Origin: Chlamydiae bacterium RIFCSPHIGHO2_12_FULL_49_11
GTDB lineage: Bacteria > Chlamydiota > Chlamydiia > Chlamydiales > 2-12-FULL-49-11
Assembly (NCBI GenBank): GCA_001794905.1
Contig: MGLW01000068.1
Span: 1-11,614, forward strand
Reading direction: 5' to 3'
DNA: 11,614 nt
Below the pieces are notes generated by a model, which saw only the letters and a list, made by a program, of their open reading frames with translations, did not search any database and was not told the origin of the DNA. This document shows, piece after piece, positions 6,311-11,614 of this stretch. Made by a program: the position numbers and the translations under genes. Positions within the stretch are counted from its first letter, which is position 1, and each line of letters begins with the position of its first letter.

Positions 6311-7603
6311 ATGCAACACTCACAAATCAAAAAAGTAAAGAAAGTTGAACTCGACGATTACGATGTCGCCGGTGACATTCGTTCAAGGCTCGTCTTAAGC
6401 GACTTAACAAAGGATGAAGTGACTTTCATCGAGGAACTTCTGTATCTGCCGCTCAAAGTTTCTTTTGACACCCTCCGCAGCCTCTGCCATGCCCCCTGCT
6501 TCGACGAAACGATGAAAAAACTCCAGGCGGAAGGGCTTTTGTATCTTCATGACGGGGTGGTATACATTGATAAAGAGCGGCGAAAATATTTTGAAATCCA
6601 GATTGAGCGGTTTGTAGAAGATTTTACCCCCTCCCTATCCTACCTGCAGGACCTGCTCCGCCTGCAAGAGCTCGACACCCTGCTTTCGTGGCATCACATC
6701 CCCCGCACGGCAAGCAATATTTTTGAAGCGCTTCTGGCCAAGCACTTTTCCACGCCTACCCATTATGAACGGCACCTCAAAGAATATTTTTATCAGGAAG
6801 GGATGGGTTCCCTGTATGAGCTCCTCGAAGATGGCGGGTGGGACCTTCCGGCAAGGAACATTGCCGAAATGATGGGACTTGGCGAAGTAGATTTGCAAAA
6901 ACTCCTCATCCAACTCGAGTGGAACTTGATCGGTATTTCCTATTTTGCTTTGGAAGAGGACAGGTACGAGCAGCGGTTTTCTTTTTTTGAGGAATATAAG
7001 AAATTTACCTCTACCTTCCAGCGGCATGAATGCCGGCCAAAAAAAGAGGCTATGGAAGAGGATTATGCCTACGTGCATGAGCTGACAAAAGCTCTCGAAT
7101 CCCTGAGCACGGAAAATATCGGGCAGGAGCACCTGGACCGCCTTGCCCTTTTCGGCTTTATCAAAGAAGCCCCGGGAGGATACCGGTGTACGACCATCGG
7201 TAAAGAATGGCTCGGGCTGGATATCGAACAACGCTCCCACATTCTTTTCAAACACCCCAAAAGCACTGCCCACCTCGAAAGCAAGTGGCCCGACTATTCG
7301 AAAGAAACCAATCTTATCGCCATCCAAAAATGTTTGGCCATGCTCTCAAATACCTCCTGGTACGATTTATCGTCTTTCATGAATGCCTCTTATATTCCAC
7401 TGCTTGATGAGAACGCGGTGACTCTGAAAAAAGTGCGGGGAGAGTACACCTACCCTATTGCAAATTATGACGACCGGGAAAAAGTTTTCGTCCGTGAAGT
7501 CGTTTGCGAATGGCTGTATCAATCCGGAATCACCGACGTGCAGCTTTCCGATTCCGAGCATTACATTCGCCTGACCAAGCTCGGCTGTTCCATCCTAAAA
7601 TAG
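6311..7603 (+). CDS. Hypothetical soluble protein with apparent tandem winged-helix motifs (430 aa)
   Basis: Long ORF with a globular, acidic composition and an upstream promoter. It has several wHTH-like segments, e.g. IAEMMGLGEVDLQKLLIQLE, LALFGFI...YRCTTIGKEWL and WLYQSGI...IRLTKLG. Confidence 0.85.
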   Translation: MQHSQIKKVKKVELDDYDVAGDIRSRLVLSDLTKDEVTFIEELLYLPLKVSFDTLRSLCHAPCFDETMKKLQAEGLLYLHDGVVYIDKERRKYFEIQIERFVEDFTPSLSYLQDLLRLQELDTLLSWHHIPRTASNIFEALLAKHFSTPTHYERHLKEYFYQEGMGSLYELLEDGGWDLPARNIAEMMGLGEVDLQKLLIQLEWNLIGISYFALEEDRYEQRFSFFEEYKKFTSTFQRHECRPKKEAMEEDYAYVHELTKALESLSTENIGQEHLDRLALFGFIKEAPGGYRCTTIGKEWLGLDIEQRSHILFKHPKSTAHLESKWPDYSKETNLIAIQKCLAMLSNTSWYDLSSFMNASYIPLLDENAVTLKKVRGEYTYPIANYDDREKVFVREVVCEWLYQSGITDVQLSDSEHYIRLTKLGCSILK

Positions 7604-7659
7604 GTTTCTGAAAAATTCGCTTTCGATTATAGTTGCCGTATCTAAAATTTTTTTCCGTT

Positions 7660-7668
7660 GGGGGGGGG
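7660..7668 (+). repeat. G9 homopolymer at the Shine-Dalgarno position
   Basis: GGGGGGGGG ends 5 nt before the GTG start at 7674. A TATAGT -10-like hexamer lies at 7628-7633 with only a weak -35 (TTTCTG, 17-nt spacer). Confidence 0.8.
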
Positions 7669-7673
7669 TAATA

Positions 7674-8708
7674 GTGATCCGGCAACTTTATGTGTTCTTG
7701 TGTTTCATCCGGATTGCTTCACTGGGCGCGGAAAATGAAGATTCGACCGAAATGCAACAGACCCCTTTGCCAGCCCTTGCCGCAAAAGAAGATGTGACCG
7801 AAGTACAACAAGTCTCTTTGCAAGAGCCTCCTCCCATTCCCACCGAGCCCAAAATTGAGATTCCGCACCGTGTAGAGGGGTCCCTTCCCGTACCGGTAAG
7901 AAAGAGTTCTTTTATTGCAGTGGGCCTCTCCGGCATTTTCCCCGGTTTAGGGCATATCTATTTGAATGATATGAGAAGCGCCGGTCTCATGATGGGAGGC
8001 GCAGGCATTTCCATCGGCCTCTCCTCGATTCCGAATGAGGAGCTGAGCTTTACTGCCCTATATACGTATCAAAACGAGTGGTTTTACGGAATGTATGCCG
8101 CCTATCGAGATACGCACGCCTTCAATGGCGCCGCCCAATATACGTACCGCATGCCCTCTGACTCCCTGACCGACCTTACGCTGGCTCCCTTCCGGTATGC
8201 GGTGTGGAAAAAGCCCGAAGTATGGGGTGGAGTTCTTGGCTGGCTGGCGGCGGGAGTTGCCCTCACCCTGCTTTTCGATCCCGATTACAAGCATGCCGCC
8301 CGCACCGCATATCCATTTGCCAGTACGAGTGAAATCAATCCCCTTGTTGCCCTCCCCGTAGGAATCGGGGAAGAAGCGTTCTTCCGCGGCTTTCTCCAAT
8401 CCACGCTGATCGAAAACTCAAATCCTGTTCTGGGCAGCGTCCTTTCATCTCTTGCATTTGGAGGCATGCATATTCCGAATGCCGCCGAGCTCGACCTGAA
8501 AGCGCGCGCCAACTATTATCTCGTTTCCGTCCCCTTCATTTCCGCTTTCGGGGGCTACTTCAGCTGGCTCGCTTACAAAAACCATTCCCTCAAAGAAGCG
8601 GTTGCAGTCCATTTCTGGTATGACTTTACCCTCTTTCTGGTCTCTTATCTCACCGCTCCGCCGGCAGCGATCGGCATCCCCCCGTTAAAAATTTCCTTTG
8701 CCTTTTGA
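7674..8708 (+). CDS. CPBP (CAAX protease / Abi / Rce1-like) family intramembrane glutamic endopeptidase with N-terminal extension
   Basis: Motif 1 GEEAFFRG (EExxxR), motif 2 FGGMH (FxxxH) and a C-terminal HFWYD (HxxxN/D). The N-terminus has a signal-peptide-like segment, a Glu/Pro-rich linker and an LSGIFPGLGHIY motif. Confidence 0.88.
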   Translation: MIRQLYVFLCFIRIASLGAENEDSTEMQQTPLPALAAKEDVTEVQQVSLQEPPPIPTEPKIEIPHRVEGSLPVPVRKSSFIAVGLSGIFPGLGHIYLNDMRSAGLMMGGAGISIGLSSIPNEELSFTALYTYQNEWFYGMYAAYRDTHAFNGAAQYTYRMPSDSLTDLTLAPFRYAVWKKPEVWGGVLGWLAAGVALTLLFDPDYKHAARTAYPFASTSEINPLVALPVGIGEEAFFRGFLQSTLIENSNPVLGSVLSSLAFGGMHIPNAAELDLKARANYYLVSVPFISAFGGYFSWLAYKNHSLKEAVAVHFWYDFTLFLVSYLTAPPAAIGIPPLKISFAF

Positions 8709-8738
8709 CTATTCTAAAAAATAATTACCATTTTTCCT

Positions 8739-8768
8739 TTGCAGAAAATGACATGTTTTTTATATCAT
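8739..8768 (+). promoter_or_regulatory. Candidate promoter for the 593-aa gene
   Basis: TTGCAG (8739-8744), 18 nt, TATCAT (8763-8768), then 7 nt to ATG 8776. No Shine-Dalgarno sequence is present. Confidence 0.45.
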
Positions 8769-8775
8769 CTTAATC

Positions 8776-10557
8776 ATGTCTACTGGAATAACGGCCATGC
8801 AGCCTCTTAGAACCTTGAAAATGCCCCTCTTGTCTGAAGAAGAGACAGGCCCCCCCGATTCCCCCCGAGTTGAGGAATTCTTCTTGTCTGAAAAAGAGGC
8901 CGGCAGCTCTCCCGATTTTCCCGGTGACGACACGCCCCTTGTCGAACAAGCGGGCTGGTGCGGCCGGCTTTATAGTAAGTTGAAGTGTTGCGGAGCAAAT
9001 ACCTACGGAATTGCTTGCAAGACGAGATCGGTAGCGGGCCGGGCACTTTCCGCTATTCGGGAGAACAAAGCAACCTCGATACTCCTTGCAGGAGGCGTCG
9101 CTATGGTGACGGCCGGCTCGGTTGCCACCGGCTACGTAGACCCCACCAGCCTTGTTCCCTATGCGACCGCAGCAATCAACTTTGTCGGATCCGCCCTCAT
9201 CGGTGCCGCCGTCCAGAATCTCATCGGAATTCGCGAGGAAAGGCGTGCCACGGAACAGGGTCCCGAAGGAGCCGAAGCACCGCCTGAAATCGATGAAGAG
9301 CAGAAAGTCCCCGAATCATTCAGAGAGCTCGTGCTTCAAGGAAAAGGTTTCGTGAAATCCCATTGGGACAAGGGTTTTGTGACAAGCTTGGGAGATCTTT
9401 GTGAATTTCTCACCGGGCGTGCTAAACCAACCATCCATATATTGGCGATACTTGAAATCTCCGGTTATTCATTCCCGTTTAAATCTTCCGCTTTCTTCTT
9501 ATGGCTTGAGGGAGCTTTTACCGGATTGGAGCTGTGGGAAGGGGTAAGGCGCAATCAGTTGAAAAAAGATCCCGCAAAAGCCTACCTCTTCGCGGGCGAA
9601 ACGGAGCGTCTTCCTGTCCATTTACATGAAGAAAGTACGCGCCGTCAAGTAATCAAAGGGGTTGCCTATATTGCAATCGGCGCCGGACTTATTGCCATTT
9701 CGGTAACTCAAAATCCCATTTCCGGAGCTTTGATTGCAGTTTCCACCCGTGTCCACTCGTTTGTAACAACATACTTGACTTTTCTTGACCAGGTAGGACT
9801 TCCCTATCCTAGCGGCATTGAGGAGAATTTTTTGGATAGAATGGTAACCTATCTCGGAGTGCATACTGCTGCACGTCTCATCGGTGAAGTTGTGTACCGA
9901 AATATTGTCAAATTGTTAGAAAATAGGGGAAATCATTATGCCTGTACGAATTCCCTTTTAGAAAAAGCAAAAAATCTCCTTGAGCGTCCTGCCCTTGCCT
10001 TTACGCTAGCCGGTTTTTTAAACTTGAACTTCTATGACCCGCTCCTTCCGGGCTACCCCTATTATTTGGGACTCATCGTCCCCGGAATCATCACCGGACT
10101 TTTTACGGGCGCAGATAGTGAAAAGAAGCGCATCTTCGGGATAGAAACCCTACCGCACCATGCCGATTATAAACTGGCAACCCAAAAGGCATGGACTCTA
10201 TTCAAGAAATTGGATTGGCAAGGCAAGATTTGCTTCGTTCCCTACAAGTTCCATGGTACTGCAGTCGTCCTTTCAGGAATGCCATATATGATGGCGAGTC
10301 CAGGTGGGGATTGGTGGAATATCACTCCCGCAATGTTCTTTGTGACTGCAATGGGTACTTATCTCATCCGGGCTCTACGTTCAAAAGAAAATGCCGAAAG
10401 AATGGACAGTCATCTCGTCACTGGCCTAAATATAATGGCTGCATCTCTGTTCCCCCGTTTTTCCATTCTCGTCGGCTGGTCAGCAATTGGCTTTGCATTA
10501 GGACTACTTCAAGGGCAAGTACACGATGGTGTAGAAGAAATCCAATACAGCATTTAA
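8776..10557 (+). CDS. Hypothetical polytopic membrane protein; inclusion-membrane (Inc)-like candidate effector (593 aa)
   Basis: Long ORF with no Sec signal and a disordered acidic/Pro-rich N-terminus. It has a ~50-aa bilobed hydrophobic segment (SILLAGGVAMVTAGSVATG-YVDPTS-LVPYATAAINFVGSALIGAAV) and several further hydrophobic segments. The CDS is well supported; the Inc call is inference. Confidence 0.75.
   Translation: MSTGITAMQPLRTLKMPLLSEEETGPPDSPRVEEFFLSEKEAGSSPDFPGDDTPLVEQAGWCGRLYSKLKCCGANTYGIACKTRSVAGRALSAIRENKATSILLAGGVAMVTAGSVATGYVDPTSLVPYATAAINFVGSALIGAAVQNLIGIREERRATEQGPEGAEAPPEIDEEQKVPESFRELVLQGKGFVKSHWDKGFVTSLGDLCEFLTGRAKPTIHILAILEISGYSFPFKSSAFFLWLEGAFTGLELWEGVRRNQLKKDPAKAYLFAGETERLPVHLHEESTRRQVIKGVAYIAIGAGLIAISVTQNPISGALIAVSTRVHSFVTTYLTFLDQVGLPYPSGIEENFLDRMVTYLGVHTAARLIGEVVYRNIVKLLENRGNHYACTNSLLEKAKNLLERPALAFTLAGFLNLNFYDPLLPGYPYYLGLIVPGIITGLFTGADSEKKRIFGIETLPHHADYKLATQKAWTLFKKLDWQGKICFVPYKFHGTAVVLSGMPYMMASPGGDWWNITPAMFFVTAMGTYLIRALRSKENAERMDSHLVTGLNIMAASLFPRFSILVGWSAIGFALGLLQGQVHDGVEEIQYSI
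8828..8904 (+). repeat. Imperfect 23-bp direct repeat with 54-nt (in-frame) period
   Basis: TCTTGTCTGAAGAAGAGACAGGC (8828-8850) versus TCTTGTCTGAAAAAGAGGCCGGC (8882-8904), 20/23 identical, encoding LSEEETG and LSEKEAG. A tandem CCCCCCGATT/CCCCCCGAGT lies between them (8851-8870). Confidence 0.8.
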
Positions 10558-11036
10558 CCACCCCATCCCGGGACACCAGAATCAAGAAAAAGCGTCACTT
10601 CTTTCATCATTTGGCCTTCGGGGAGTATGGGAGGGGCGCTACTGTCGGGAATGATTTTGATTGTGAAGGAGAGCGTGGTTCCTTTCAGAACCGGATCAGA
10701 CATTTCCATGATAACGAGTTGGGTAGGCTGGCCGGTCGCATTGTCGGCAGAGAGAAAGGCTGCGTTGGGAGGATTCGTTTTGAAAGAGTCGGTGCCGCCC
10801 TTATTCCAGTCATTGACGAAGGTGTTGACATCTTCAAGAAAGGCCTTGCGGACGGGACGGTCTGCCATCACCACAACGTGCGGCTTGACTTCTGTCAAGA
10901 GAAGCTGCATTCCCGAATCTGTTTTTATGAGCTGAGCCCCTTGCGATTGTACCAGGAATAGGTATGTAGTTTTTGAACTGCCTGACATGCCGCAGCCTGC
11001 TAAGAGAAGGATTAACCCTGTCATGAAACGTTTCAT
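10554..11036 (-). CDS. Uncharacterised lipoprotein (160 aa)
   Basis: MKR, a hydrophobic core and lipobox LAG-C at Cys15. SD-like AAGGCGG lies upstream. Distinctive motifs DRPxR, W..G.DSF..NPPNA and a terminal VTLFLD. Confidence 0.8.
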   Translation of the reverse strand: MKRFMTGLILLLAGCGMSGSSKTTYLFLVQSQGAQLIKTDSGMQLLLTEVKPHVVVMADRPVRKAFLEDVNTFVNDWNKGGTDSFKTNPPNAAFLSADNATGQPTQLVIMEMSDPVLKGTTLSFTIKIIPDSSAPPILPEGQMMKEVTLFLDSGVPGWGG

Positions 11037-11081
11037 AATATACCGCCTTTTTTCTCTGCATAAAAGGTTGGAGAAAATAAA

Positions 11082-11612
11082 TCAAGCGAGTTTTTTCCGG
11101 ACTGCCGCTATGAGACTCCCTTTCATCAGAGATTCTAGTTCATGCGGAGAAAAGGAGAAGGTGCTACGAAAGGTGCGGCCTTTTGTGGCGTTCTTGATGA
11201 GAATGGGAGTGCTGTTTTGCAGGGAGGCATGGATGTCTTCCATGTGCAGCTTGTCTCCTTGCTCGATGTGGTTGTAGTCGTCAGGATTATCAAATGTGAG
11301 CGGCAGGACGCCGAAGTTGATGAGGTTTTTGCGGTGGATGCGCGCGTAAGACTTTGCAAGGACGGCACGGATGCCAAGGTAGCGGGGTGCAATGGCGGCA
11401 TGCTCGCGCGAGGAGCCTTGGCCATAGTTACGGCCACCGACAATAATGCTTCCGCAGTCCCGCACGGCCAAAGCACGGTCATGAAATGAGGGGTCAATGC
11501 GATAGTATGTGAACTTGGAAATTTCGGGAATGTTGCTGCGGAAGGGCAATACTTTAGCGCCGGCAGGAGAAATGTCATCGGTCGAAATGTTGTCCCCGAC
11601 CCGTAAAATGCA
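11082..11612 (-). CDS. Aconitate hydratase (aconitase family), C-terminal swivel domain; 5' part lies outside the window
   Basis: The frame is open to the right edge: CILRVGDNISTDDISPAGAKVLPFRSNIPEIS...GGRNYGQGSSREHAAIAPRYLGIRAVLAKSYARIHRKNLINFGVLPL. The ORF-track start at 11549 is an internal TTG. Confidence 0.93.
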   Translation of the reverse strand, partial: CILRVGDNISTDDISPAGAKVLPFRSNIPEISKFTYYRIDPSFHDRALAVRDCGSIIVGGRNYGQGSSREHAAIAPRYLGIRAVLAKSYARIHRKNLINFGVLPLTFDNPDDYNHIEQGDKLHMEDIHASLQNSTPILIKNATKGRTFRSTFSFSPHELESLMKGSLIAAVRKKLA

Positions 11613-11614
11613 GG

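Noticed and set aside
5748..6323. 191-aa minus-strand ORF and the TTG-6238 extension of the permease
   Set aside because: The 191-aa ORF is an alternate frame over the permease and promoter region. The 10-codon extension overlaps the predicted promoter.
6635..7327. 230-aa ORF antisense to the 430-aa gene
   Set aside because: In-register shadow ORF (offset 324 nt).
7674..8708. CPBP/'Abi' gene as an abortive-infection phage-defence system
   Set aside because: The Abi name for this family is historical, and no defence, toxin or mobile genes are adjacent.
10191..10961. 256-aa plus-strand ORF overlapping the 593-aa gene and the lipoprotein
   Set aside because: It is an alternate-frame/antisense overlap of two better-supported genes and has an Arg-rich, non-protein-like composition.
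1..11614. CRISPR array, tRNA/rRNA, transposase or integrase
   Set aside because: I saw no regularly spaced repeats, cloverleaf or rRNA-like sequence, or recombinase motifs. Intergenic gaps are short and largely accounted for.

Overview
Bacterial chromosomal segment of about 50% GC, most likely from an environmental (non-Chlamydiaceae) member of the phylum Chlamydiae. This is inferred from the leuS-waaA adjacency, an inclusion-membrane-like orphan protein, and an aconitase, which Chlamydiaceae lack. On the minus strand is a translationally coupled three-gene unit: SLC12/cation-chloride-cotransporter-like permease, leuS, waaA. It is followed by a palindrome-rich spacer, a near-consensus sigma70/sigma66 promoter and a short ORF resembling a truncated cysteine-protease N-terminus. 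On the plus strand, transcribed divergently, are a 430-aa protein with apparent tandem winged-helix motifs, a CPBP/Abi intramembrane protease preceded by a G9 tract, and a 593-aa Inc-like membrane protein. These converge on a lipoprotein gene and the 3' end of an aconitase. I found no rRNA, tRNA, CRISPR array or intact mobile element, and no complete novel multi-gene system can be demonstrated. The best leads are the altered LeuRS editing pocket, the divergent transporter coupled to leuS-waaA, the tandem winged-helix protein, the Inc-like candidate effector and two apparent leaderless promoters.
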